Part shown: one piece after another, positions 14,018 to 22,209 of the stretch | Numbering within the stretch: position 1 is the stretch's first letter | How the letters are laid out: every line of letters starts with the position of its first letter | NCBI GenBank assembly: GCA_040260805.1 | Contig: JBDQPD010000055.1 | Location: 1 to 22,209, forward strand | DNA: 22,209 nucleotides | DNA from: Myxococcota bacterium | Lineage (GTDB): Bacteria > Myxococcota > UBA4151 | Direction: 5' to 3' | Position numbers and translations under genes: made by a program | The notes under the pieces: generated by a model | The model's database searches: none | The model's input: the letters and a program-made list of their open reading frames with translations, nothing else | What the model was told of the DNA's origin: nothing

Positions 14018-16915
14018 ATGCAGAGCGAAGCTGAGCGTTTAAGTCAGGATGTCGAGCGGCTGCGTGCGCGCGTGATGCGCCGCGACCTGTTGGCTGTTTT
14101 TGCCCTGAGCTTAGGTCTGGCCACTGCTTTGTTGGTGTTGGCGCTCCTTGTTCCTGATGCGCTGGCCGGTCGCCGTTCGGTGTTTGTCAGTCTCGAACTG
14201 CTTGTTTTGGTGCTGCCGTTGCTCGGTCGTCGTTTGGTGTGGAAGCGGTGGGGAGCTCAGGATTCAGCGTCGCTGGTGCAAAGCTTAGCGGCTCATCGTT
14301 TGATCTCGGCGCCTCAGGCGAGCGCGCTGCAGCTGGCGCTTGGACGCGTCGCGGCCGGCAGCCCTGAAGCGATTCGGCTGGCGCTCGAGGCTGGAACCAC
14401 AAAACTGACCACAATTGACGAAGAGCCTCTGCAGGATCTGCGGCGTGTTTATCGAGTCAGCGCTTGGAGCTTTGCCTGCATGATGGTCCTGACTGCGGGG
14501 TTTGTTTTGCCGCGTCATGGTCAGGCGCTTTGGGACGGTCTTCAGACCGGATCGGATCAAGCGGCAGCTCAGCGCGGCTTGGCGCAACTGCGGGAGCTCG
14601 ATTTTGTGTTGCGCTATCCTGCTTACCTCAACCGAGAGGATGAGCAGTTGACCGGCAGCGATGGCGAGCTCGAGGTGCCACAGGGTACTCAGGTCGAGCT
14701 CAAAGCGATGCCTAGCCTTGAGCGTAAGCCCGACGCCGCAGCGATTCTAATCGATGGTCTCCGGGTGGTGTTGTCGGTCAGTGATCAAGGCGCATTGAGC
14801 GGGCAGTTTCTGGCTCGCCGTTCGGGTCAGTACCGATTGGCGCTGACCATCGATAACGAAGAGGTGATTGAGCGACGCGGGCACGGCTTGACCGTGATCC
14901 CCGACCGCCCACCCAAAGTGACCCGAAATTTTCCCGACGAACCGCTTGAGCTTGAAACCGCGAAGGAGGTCGAATTCTTGGTCGAGGCGCATGACGATCA
15001 TGGGGTTGCGAGCGCCGAGTTGATCACCCGAATGGAGGGAAGCGCCGATGAGGTTCGTCACCCGATCACGCTGAAACAACTCGGCGCAAACGTTCGGCAT
15101 GAAGGGGTTCTGGATTTAGAGGGTTTGGGCATGCGTCCTGGAGATACACTGAACTGGGTTGTCGAGATGAGCGACAACAACAATGTGACGGGACCAGGTA
15201 AAGGGCGCAGCCGCTGGCATCGAATTCACCTTTTTGATCCAAGTCGGCGCTTGGATGAACTGCTTGAGTCGCTTGATCGCTTTGTTGCCTCCTTGAGTGA
15301 TCGTCTAGCGCCCCTACTGACTCGCTCCGAAGCTGCAGAACCCTGGGCTAAAGCCAGCTTGGTTGCGTTTGAAAAGGGTGAGAAGCTCGCCGAGCAGCTT
15401 GCCGATAAAAGGCTTAATGCTGGTGATTTAGAGCGCGCCGTCACGATGGTGATGAAGCGCCTAACTGAGGCGACCAAGCGTTATCAGCGCGGCCAAGCCA
15501 CGGCGCCAGCGATGGAGAACCGTATGGAGCGAGATCTGTTGTTCCTTGATGATCTCTTGAGCAAGCGGCGCCTCGGTCAATTAAGCCGACTACAGCAAGA
15601 AGTGCAGCGAGAGCGCGCTGCGCTGCAGCGCCTGGTGGAGCGCTACCGTGAGTCGTCAGACGATGAAGGGCTTAAAGAGCAAATCATCGCCTCGATTCGA
15701 GCGATCCGAAGACGCCTCAAAGAGCTAAGCACCAAAATGGCTCGTCTCGAGAAGCGTGTCGGGCGAGAGTACGTGAACCGCGACGCGCTGGAGCAGCGCT
15801 CGGTGAACAAAGAACTCGATAACCTCGAAGCGATGGTGCGCGAAGGTCGCATCGATGAAGCGCTCGCCTCGCTCGACGCCATGAACCAAGCGCTTGGTCA
15901 GGTTGAAAAACAAGTCGAAGGCGCAGCCGAGCGCTTCGGCGGTAAGGAATGGCGAGAGACCGCCGAAAAGGGCAAAGCGATTCAAGAGCAAATGCGCTTC
16001 ATCAAAGACCGTCAAAAGCGTCTGCGTGGCGGGGTCCAGCGGATGCGTAGGGAGGCTAGAAAACGCCACCTAAAACAGTTCGGCGGCCTTAATGAGCTGC
16101 GCAAGAAACTCCAGCGCTTACTGGCAGAGGCGCGCGGTGAACTCGCCCAGATGAGCGCGCTCGGCTCGTGGATGAAGACCCGTGTTGACGGGATCGACGA
16201 GCACTTACAACGCGCCGATAAGTCCCTCGCCGCGGATGGTTATCTCGAGGCGCTTGAGGTGCTTCGTCGTGCTGAGGGCTTACTCGAAACGCTGAGTTAC
16301 CTGCTCGAGCGGCGCACGATGAAAGCACATCAGCGTCAAGCGATGGCGCGGGTTGGGGAAGCGATTGCCTTGCTCGAGCGTTTGCTGCCTGACGAGGGTG
16401 AGTTGCTCAACCGAGCAGAGCGTCGCCGTTTAGGTGCAGCCCAGTCGCAACAAGATGAGCTGAGCGAGCGGATCAAGAAGTTGGGCGAGTCGATGAATGA
16501 ACTCAATGAGATGGCGCCTATGTTCGGAGCCGAAGCGATGAAAGCCCTTCAAGAGGCGCAAGGCGCGTCAACCCAGGCGACCGGTGCGTTGTCTCAAAGC
16601 GACGCGCCTGGCGCAGACCGAGCACAAGGCGAGGTCCTCTCGGCGCTTGAGACCCTTCAAAAGCAGATGCAGAGCGGCAAGGGTAAAGGTCAGGGGGGCG
16701 GGATGCCTATGCCGTGGGGCTCTGGAAGCTCCGGCGGGCAAGAGGGCCGGCAAAAGGGCAAAGGCCGCCGCTCGGGTGATCGCGTCAAAATCCCCGAAGC
16801 CGACCAAGGCGTTCCTGGCGCCTGGCGCGACGAGATCATCGACGCCTGGCGAGAGGGCTTTGCTGGGCCTGAGAAGCCAGCTGTCGATCGATATTATCGG
16901 GAGTTGGTGCGATGA
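14018..16915 (+). CDS. DUF4175-like large membrane-anchored protein (TMs, Ig-like domains, long helical/coiled-coil region, conserved-looking C-terminal helix)
   Basis: About three N-terminal hydrophobic segments; YPAYL..., PDRPPKV, EAHDDHGV, L..GMRPGD, DNNNVTGP motifs; long coiled-coil region; G/Q/K-rich linker; terminal VKIP...VDRYYRELVR. ATG 14018 (AAAGG upstream) is preferred over the track GTG at 13970. Upstream of moxR/DUF58/BatA. Confidence 0.75.
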   Translation: MQSEAERLSQDVERLRARVMRRDLLAVFALSLGLATALLVLALLVPDALAGRRSVFVSLELLVLVLPLLGRRLVWKRWGAQDSASLVQSLAAHRLISAPQASALQLALGRVAAGSPEAIRLALEAGTTKLTTIDEEPLQDLRRVYRVSAWSFACMMVLTAGFVLPRHGQALWDGLQTGSDQAAAQRGLAQLRELDFVLRYPAYLNREDEQLTGSDGELEVPQGTQVELKAMPSLERKPDAAAILIDGLRVVLSVSDQGALSGQFLARRSGQYRLALTIDNEEVIERRGHGLTVIPDRPPKVTRNFPDEPLELETAKEVEFLVEAHDDHGVASAELITRMEGSADEVRHPITLKQLGANVRHEGVLDLEGLGMRPGDTLNWVVEMSDNNNVTGPGKGRSRWHRIHLFDPSRRLDELLESLDRFVASLSDRLAPLLTRSEAAEPWAKASLVAFEKGEKLAEQLADKRLNAGDLERAVTMVMKRLTEATKRYQRGQATAPAMENRMERDLLFLDDLLSKRRLGQLSRLQQEVQRERAALQRLVERYRESSDDEGLKEQIIASIRAIRRRLKELSTKMARLEKRVGREYVNRDALEQRSVNKELDNLEAMVREGRIDEALASLDAMNQALGQVEKQVEGAAERFGGKEWRETAEKGKAIQEQMRFIKDRQKRLRGGVQRMRREARKRHLKQFGGLNELRKKLQRLLAEARGELAQMSALGSWMKTRVDGIDEHLQRADKSLAADGYLEALEVLRRAEGLLETLSYLLERRTMKAHQRQAMARVGEAIALLERLLPDEGELLNRAERRRLGAAQSQQDELSERIKKLGESMNELNEMAPMFGAEAMKALQEAQGASTQATGALSQSDAPGADRAQGEVLSALETLQKQMQSGKGKGQGGGMPMPWGSGSSGGQEGRQKGKGRRSGDRVKIPEADQGVPGAWRDEIIDAWREGFAGPEKPAVDRYYRELVR

Positions 16916-18696
16916 AGCGCTTACTTGTCGGCTTGCTCCTGCTCCCCGCTGTCGCCAGCGCGGGACCTGAACAACAAGTCCAGGCGCTGCTTGATGCTTG
17001 GCAGGTTGAAGCGGCCGCGAAAGCGGTTGAGCCGCTGCTCGAAGCGTTGCCTGATTTACCGGCGATTCAAGCGGTCGCTGCGCGCGTGAAGTTTCATCAG
17101 CAGCGTTACGCTGATGCGATGGATTTGATGCGACGAGCCAAGGCGGCGACCGGGCGCGAGCCGGCGATGTATAATTTGGTTCGGGTAACCTTTGAGGTGA
17201 CCAAGGACTTTGTTGAGTACCGAGACGGTCGAGCGATTGTTCGGATGGCGCCAGGGCCTGACGAGGTGCTCGCTCCTTATCTCTTGAAGGGCTTGAACCA
17301 AGCGATCGATCGATTGGCTCCTCGGTTCGGGCTTGAGATTAAAGCTCCGTTAGTGGTTGAGGTTTTCCCTTCAACTGAATCCTTTAGTAAGGTCTCGACC
17401 TTGGATCTTAAGTCGATTCAGACCTCGGGGACCATCGCTTTATGTAAGTTTGATCGATTGATGATCATCACCCCGCGCGTGACCATGCGAGGGTACGACT
17501 GGCTGGATACGGTGAGCCATGAGCTGATCCACTTATTGATCAGTCGTAAGAGCTTTAATACGGTGCCTGTTTGGCTACATGAGGGTTTAGCTAAGTTCCA
17601 TGAGTCGGGTTGGCGAAAGCCGTTTGGCGAGCCTTTGTCCTCGTATTCTGCTGGTCTTTTGGCGCGCGCATTGAACCGAAACGAGCTCATTACCTTTGCT
17701 GAGATGTCGCCCTCGATGGCGTATCTGCCAAGCCAGGAGGCGACTGCGACCGCGTTCGCTGAGGTGCATACGGCGATCGAATACATGCTGGAAACCTACG
17801 GCGAAGAATCGATTCTGGGTCTGCTTGAGGGGCTGCGCGGGTTCGCGGGTAATCTCGACAGCGCTTTTCGTAAGGTGACAGGTGGTGATTTAGCTGCTTT
17901 TGAAGCCAAATGGCGCCAGTGGCTCTCAAAAAGGCGATTCGAGACTCGAGACGGCGTGAGTAAGGCTGCGATTACTTTTGGAACCAACCGGCCGACCGCC
18001 GATGACGATGATCCCGAGCGGCCTGACGGCGAGGCGGGGCGCTACGCTCGGCTTGGCGACATGTTGTATCGACGCGGACATCGAGCGGCAGCAGCGATTG
18101 AATACGAACGAAGCGTGAAGCGCGCCGGGTTTGGTTATCCTGGCTTGGTGCATCGCCTGGCGTCGTGTTTGATCGCTACCGATTCGCTGAAGCGAGCCGA
18201 AGATGTGCTCAGTCAAAGCGCTAAGCGCAGCCCGGATGACCCGCGAACGCAGGTGCTGCTCGGCCGGTTAGCGATTAAGGCTGAGCGCTATGAAGACGCC
18301 TTAGGGGCATACGGCCGAGCGAATTCGATTAATCCCTTTGACCCTGAAGTCCACGAGGGGATGCGCATCGCCGCCGACGCGCTGAAGCTTGAACCCATCG
18401 TTCAGCGCGAGACCAAGGCTTTGGATCGACTGCGCAACGAGGCGGCCGCTGTTGCGCCGAAAAAAGATCCAAAAACTCAGGGTTTCTTGACCCTGACGAG
18501 CAGCCCTTGGGCTGATGTTTTGATCGACGATAAACCGCTTCGGCGTGCCACCCCACTGACCGACTATCCGCTGTCCGTGGGCAGGCATCGATTGACCGTT
18601 CGCAACAGCGCTTTAAGTCTAGAGCGTAGTCTAGACGTTGAGATTGTGCTGGGCCAAACCACCACCCTGCGAGTGAATCTAAAGGAAGAGCCATGA
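16912..18696 (+). CDS. Secreted TPR / peptidase MA-clan (gluzincin-type) / TPR / PEGA protein
   Basis: Signal peptide MKRLLVGLLLLPAVASA; N-terminal TPR-like helices; HELIH (17518-17532) plus VPVWLHEGLA; C-terminal TPRs (ARLGDMLYRRG, VLLGRLA...YEDALGAYGRA...NPFDP); terminal PEGA-like GFLTLTSSPWADVLIDD...TPL...LSVGRHRLTVRN. Confidence 0.82.
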   Translation: MKRLLVGLLLLPAVASAGPEQQVQALLDAWQVEAAAKAVEPLLEALPDLPAIQAVAARVKFHQQRYADAMDLMRRAKAATGREPAMYNLVRVTFEVTKDFVEYRDGRAIVRMAPGPDEVLAPYLLKGLNQAIDRLAPRFGLEIKAPLVVEVFPSTESFSKVSTLDLKSIQTSGTIALCKFDRLMIITPRVTMRGYDWLDTVSHELIHLLISRKSFNTVPVWLHEGLAKFHESGWRKPFGEPLSSYSAGLLARALNRNELITFAEMSPSMAYLPSQEATATAFAEVHTAIEYMLETYGEESILGLLEGLRGFAGNLDSAFRKVTGGDLAAFEAKWRQWLSKRRFETRDGVSKAAITFGTNRPTADDDDPERPDGEAGRYARLGDMLYRRGHRAAAAIEYERSVKRAGFGYPGLVHRLASCLIATDSLKRAEDVLSQSAKRSPDDPRTQVLLGRLAIKAERYEDALGAYGRANSINPFDPEVHEGMRIAADALKLEPIVQRETKALDRLRNEAAAVAPKKDPKTQGFLTLTSSPWADVLIDDKPLRRATPLTDYPLSVGRHRLTVRNSALSLERSLDVEIVLGQTTTLRVNLKEEP

Positions 18697-19661
18697 GCCA
18701 CGAATTGAGTGAAAATTTAGAACAGGTCGCTGCCGACGTCGCTGAGCTTAAAGCTCGCGTTCACCGCCGTATTGTCGGTCAAGATGCGGTCGTTGATGGG
18801 CTGATCACCTGCCTTGTTGCTGGCGGTCATGGTCTCTTTGTAGGCGTTCCGGGGCTCGCGAAGACCTTATTGGTCTCTACCGTGGCTGAGGCGACGGGGC
18901 TTGATTTCTCGCGCGTGCAATTTACGCCCGATCTTATGCCTTCAGATATCCTCGGTTCTGAGGTTCTTGAAGAGCATGAAGGCCGTCGCTCGTTCCGATT
19001 TATCAAGGGCCCGATCTTCGCTCAGTTGGTGTTAGCGGATGAGATCAACAGGACCCCGCCAAAGACCCAGGCAGCCCTACTGCAGGCGATGCAGGAGCGA
19101 AGCGTGAGCGTCGCTGGCACCAACCACAACCTGGGCCGTCCGTTTCATGTGTTCGCGACGCAAAACCCGATCGAGCAAGAAGGAACTTATCCCCTGCCCG
19201 AGGCGCAGCTGGATCGGTTTTTGATGCAGCTTGAGGTCGGTTACCCAAGCGCTGAAGAGGAGGTGCGGATCGCCGCGCTGACTCAGGCGGACCTCGAGGT
19301 GCCGATCGCGCCGGTATGGTCGGCAGAGCGTTTGGACCAAATTCAGACTTTAGTTGGACAAATAGCTGTCGACAAAAGCCTGGTTGAGACGGCGGTTAAT
19401 CTCGTTCGTCAGAGCCGACCAGGGGCCGATGCTCCTGAGCTGGTCCGCGATTACCTGCGCTGGGGTGCAGGCCCTCGTGCGAGCCAGTTCCTCGTGCACT
19501 CAGCGCGCGCTCGAGCGCTCATGAGCGGTCGCCCCGCAGCAGATCTGAGCGATCTCAAAGCTCTGGCACCAGCGGTTCTTGGGCATCGTTTGATCCCGAA
19601 CTTTAGAGCCGAATCCGAGGGGTTAACGGGCGCCGCTTTAGCTCAGCGACTGATCGCGTAA
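18693..19661 (+). CDS. moxR: MoxR-family AAA+ ATPase
   Basis: Walker A GVPGLAKT, RVQFTPDLMPSDILG, Walker B VLADEINRTPPKTQAALLQAMQE, ATQNPIEQEGTYPLPEAQLDRF, WGAGPRA. Confidence 0.96.
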   Translation: MSHELSENLEQVAADVAELKARVHRRIVGQDAVVDGLITCLVAGGHGLFVGVPGLAKTLLVSTVAEATGLDFSRVQFTPDLMPSDILGSEVLEEHEGRRSFRFIKGPIFAQLVLADEINRTPPKTQAALLQAMQERSVSVAGTNHNLGRPFHVFATQNPIEQEGTYPLPEAQLDRFLMQLEVGYPSAEEEVRIAALTQADLEVPIAPVWSAERLDQIQTLVGQIAVDKSLVETAVNLVRQSRPGADAPELVRDYLRWGAGPRASQFLVHSARARALMSGRPAADLSDLKALAPAVLGHRLIPNFRAESEGLTGAALAQRLIA

Positions 19662-19664
19662 CCT

Positions 19665-20543
19665 GTGAGCGTGCAATCGACTCAGGGATTGATTGAAGAA
19701 CTGAGTCGGCTCGGCCGGCTGCATGTCCAAGTGCGTCGCTTGATTGAAGCGATGCCCTTGGGCGCTCATGCGGCGCGCGGGGTTCAAGGCGGTGGTGATT
19801 TTGTCGAGCATCGCGCCTTTCGGGCTGGCGACGAGCCCGCTCGCGTCGACTGGCGAGCGTCGGCGCGCTCTGAGCGGGTGTTGGTGCGCGAGCAGCGCGC
19901 CGAGCGTCGCTTGATGGTGCACGCCCTGATCGACACCTCGGCGAGTATGAAATCGGGCGAACCTGTGACCAAGTGGCGCTATGGTTGTTGGCTTGGTTTA
20001 GCCGCTGCCTATTGCGCTCGGCGGGGCGGTGACGCGGCTGAACTCCACGGGATAGCCGGTGACCCGAGCGCAAAGCACCGGCTTCGAGGAATCGCTGAGC
20101 TCGAATCGGTTGCTGATCGCTTCGAGCTCATTGAGCCAGCAGGGCAGACCAATTTATACGCTGCGCTTGAGCCGCTAGCAGCACTTCCAGACCGAGGCAT
20201 GGCGGTCATTGTTTCGGACCTGTTGTCGGTTGATGATCAGTTTTGGAAACAACTGGCAGAGCTGCGCTCTCGGGGTTGGCACCTCGCGGTCATGCGCGTG
20301 CTCGCGGAGGATGAGCTGAACTTCGCCCACACCGGGCCGATACGGTTTACCGGGCTCGAGGGCGAAGAGCCTTTGGTCGTGGATGCAGGCGCACTGCGCC
20401 AAGCCTATCTAGAAGAGCTGGAGCGCTTTGATGCGCATTGCATCGAACAGGCAGCGTTCGCTGGCGTTCGGTTGATCCGTTGCGACACGGGAAGAAGCCC
20501 CTTAGAGCCGCTTCGCTCCTTGCTTGAAGGGGCGGTATTGTGA
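19665..20543 (+). CDS. DUF58 domain (vWA-like) protein, MoxR partner
   Basis: G.G.DFVEHRAFRAGDEPARVDWRASAR, LIDTSASM (MIDAS-like DxSxS), GQTNL, IVSDL; directly downstream of moxR. Confidence 0.92.
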   Translation: MSVQSTQGLIEELSRLGRLHVQVRRLIEAMPLGAHAARGVQGGGDFVEHRAFRAGDEPARVDWRASARSERVLVREQRAERRLMVHALIDTSASMKSGEPVTKWRYGCWLGLAAAYCARRGGDAAELHGIAGDPSAKHRLRGIAELESVADRFELIEPAGQTNLYAALEPLAALPDRGMAVIVSDLLSVDDQFWKQLAELRSRGWHLAVMRVLAEDELNFAHTGPIRFTGLEGEEPLVVDAGALRQAYLEELERFDAHCIEQAAFAGVRLIRCDTGRSPLEPLRSLLEGAVL

Positions 20544-22209
20544 GTTTCCTCAACACCGCCATCTGGCCGCTATTGGCTTTGGGTGGGGTGCCTTTGATCA
20601 TTCATTTGCTCACCCGTCGCCCTCCTCGACCGATGGAGTTTGCGCCGATTGGGTTGTTGCGCCGCGCGTTGCGCAGGCAAGAGCGCCGGATGCGTCTTCG
20701 GCGCTGGCTTTTGCTGGCTTTACGTACCGCTTGGGTGCTGTGCTTGTTGCTCGCCGTTTTACAGCCGCAATGGGGGCGCCCTGCGGCAGCCGTCGATGGA
20801 GACAGGTCCTCATTAGCCATCCTCCTTGACTCGAGCGGTTCGATGGACACCAAGGGCAGCGACGGCGAGCGCTTTTACGACCGCGCCCTAGCGATGGGTC
20901 AGGCGCAAGCAGATCGTCGGCCGATCAGCCTGTCGCACTGCACCGCTCAAGGGTTGAAAACGTTGGTCGCTGAGCCGCGAAGCGGCGTTAATCTGCGCGC
21001 TGAGCTTGGAGACTATCAACCCTTAGGGGGCGTCAGTTTGTCGGCTTGCGCAGCTGGGTTACCTGAAAGCGCCTTAGTCTTGACCGATGGTTGGTCTGGC
21101 TTTGCCGGTGATGTGCCTGTTCAGATCGTCGCCGAGCCTGGGGAGGGTGTTGCCAACTGGGGTTTTGGTGAGGTCACTTTGAGTCGTCGTGGAGGCAACA
21201 GCTACAAATTGCGGGTAGAGGTTGTCGGTCAGCCCGGGCAACGCCGAATCGAAGCGTTGATCAACGGCGACGCACGGGCGGCTACTCGAGTGACCTTGCC
21301 CGCAAGCGGCCGCGCCTTCGCTCAGTTGACGCTGGGGCTCAAGCCGGGTCGCTACGTACTTGAATTGCGTTTACCTGCGGACACCCGTGAAGCGGACAAT
21401 CGTCGCCATCTCGTGTTGCATGCGAGCGGACCCACTCGGCTGTTAGCGGTCAACGGGGACGCGCGTGATTCCGCTTATGCCGATGAGTTGTACTATATCC
21501 AACAAGCAGAACGAGCGCTTGATCACCACGACCCGTTTACGCTTGAAGCGGTGGTCGCTGGTGAAGAACATCGAGCGCCTCTGCAAGACTCCGATGTGGT
21601 TTTGATCGCTAATGTTGCGAAGCTCGACCCAGGATTTAGCCAAGCGCTTGCGAGTTTCGTGCGCGGCGGTGGCGGTTTATTGATCAGCGTCGGCGCCAAC
21701 ACCGACGCCCTCGAACTGCAGCGCAGTCTGGGCGCCTTACTGCCTGTCCAAGTGCGAGCTCGCTGGGCGGCTAAAGATGCCGAAGGAAACCCAAGCAAAA
21801 GTGCCGCCTTGCAAGCTTCAGCACCTCAAAGTGAGTGGCTTAAGACCATTGGCCTTGAAGCCGGCGGTGGCTTGCTGCGGACGCGCATCTGGCAAGGTCT
21901 CAACGTTGACGCCTCAAAGGGCGTTAAGTGGCGTTTGGCGGATGGGCGACCTTTGTGGATTGAGCGGTCTTTTGGTGAGGGTCGAGTCGCCTTGCTGACG
22001 ACCAGTATTGATCGAGACCACGCTGATTTAGCGATTAGGCCGGGTTTTGTACCGATGTTGCGTGGCGCGCTGAGGACCCTCGCTGGAGATCAGGCGTCGC
22101 AGCTGAGCCCGAGCGTTTTGCCGGGACAAGTCTGGAGGCACCCGCTCGAGATTGACGACTCTGTTTTTCGCCGAGTCGGCGGCGGCGTGATCAGAGCTCA
22201 AGTCCTCGA
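20540..22209 (+). CDS. BatA-domain / vWA / Ig-like / GATase-like membrane protein (3'-truncated by the window edge; not in ORF track)
   Basis: GTG 20540 overlaps the DUF58 TGA. My translation begins MSFLNTAIWPLLALGGVPLIIHLLTRRPPRPMEFAPIGLL...LRRWLLLALRTAWVLCLLLAVLQP (BatA N-terminal double-TM pattern), followed by ILLDSSGSM (MIDAS), LVLTDG, ADNRR and LASFVRGGGGLLISVG. No stop seen in this frame, and absence from the track is consistent with the frame running off the window end. Confidence 0.88.
   Translation, partial: MSFLNTAIWPLLALGGVPLIIHLLTRRPPRPMEFAPIGLLRRALRRQERRMRLRRWLLLALRTAWVLCLLLAVLQPQWGRPAAAVDGDRSSLAILLDSSGSMDTKGSDGERFYDRALAMGQAQADRRPISLSHCTAQGLKTLVAEPRSGVNLRAELGDYQPLGGVSLSACAAGLPESALVLTDGWSGFAGDVPVQIVAEPGEGVANWGFGEVTLSRRGGNSYKLRVEVVGQPGQRRIEALINGDARAATRVTLPASGRAFAQLTLGLKPGRYVLELRLPADTREADNRRHLVLHASGPTRLLAVNGDARDSAYADELYYIQQAERALDHHDPFTLEAVVAGEEHRAPLQDSDVVLIANVAKLDPGFSQALASFVRGGGGLLISVGANTDALELQRSLGALLPVQVRARWAAKDAEGNPSKSAALQASAPQSEWLKTIGLEAGGGLLRTRIWQGLNVDASKGVKWRLADGRPLWIERSFGEGRVALLTTSIDRDHADLAIRPGFVPMLRGALRTLAGDQASQLSPSVLPGQVWRHPLEIDDSVFRRVGGGVIRAQVL

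Noticed and set aside
98..21998. The many short (60-156 aa) overlapping or antisense ORFs in the track, e.g. 10389..10853, 19603..20073, 20524..20829
   Set aside because: They lie essentially within longer motif-supported genes, have R/S/P/A-rich shadow-frame composition typical of GC-rich DNA, and show no recognisable motifs.
18693..22209. MoxR-vWA ternary conflict system (VMAP type) or RavA-ViaA
   Set aside because: The ATPase has MoxR-proper motifs and its partners are DUF58 and BatA-type membrane proteins; no VMAP-like or effector-fused components are seen.
1..22209. RNA genes, CRISPR arrays, IS elements or prophage
   Set aside because: The largest intergenic gap is about 130 nt, and I saw no tRNA/rRNA signature, regularly spaced repeats, terminal inverted repeats, transposase, integrase or phage gene.

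Overview
Densely coding, GC-rich (high-50s % by eye) bacterial chromosomal window, most likely from a Myxococcota/deltaproteobacterial organism (inferred from a MYXO-CTERM-like tail, a PEGA domain and the gene families present). It holds 19 protein-coding genes in five blocks with almost no intergenic DNA. (1) + strand: a long coiled-coil protein (5'-truncated) coupled to a divergent RNase Y homologue with intact HD catalytic residues but no recognisable KH GxxG motif. (2) - strand: htpX, a small membrane protein, a secreted propeller-like protein with a MYXO-CTERM-like tail, a REC-GAF-HD-GYP phosphodiesterase and a hypothetical protein. (3) + strand: a putative outer-membrane beta-barrel, a membrane-anchored hypothetical protein, a GT-C glycosyltransferase and a pseudo-receiver/cNMP-binding protein. 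(4) - strand: an ECF sigma factor, an anti-sigma factor and a small secreted protein. (5) + strand, divergent from the ECF: a DUF4175-like protein, a TPR-zinc peptidase-PEGA protein, a MoxR AAA+ ATPase, DUF58 and a BatA/vWA protein (3'-truncated, absent from the ORF track). I saw no rRNA, tRNA, CRISPR array, transposase or integrase. The best candidates for under-described biology are the KH-degenerate RNase Y with its coiled-coil partner, the peptidase-containing MoxR/vWA envelope module, and the barrel/GT-C/cNMP operon. All family calls come from motif recognition by eye, not from database searches.
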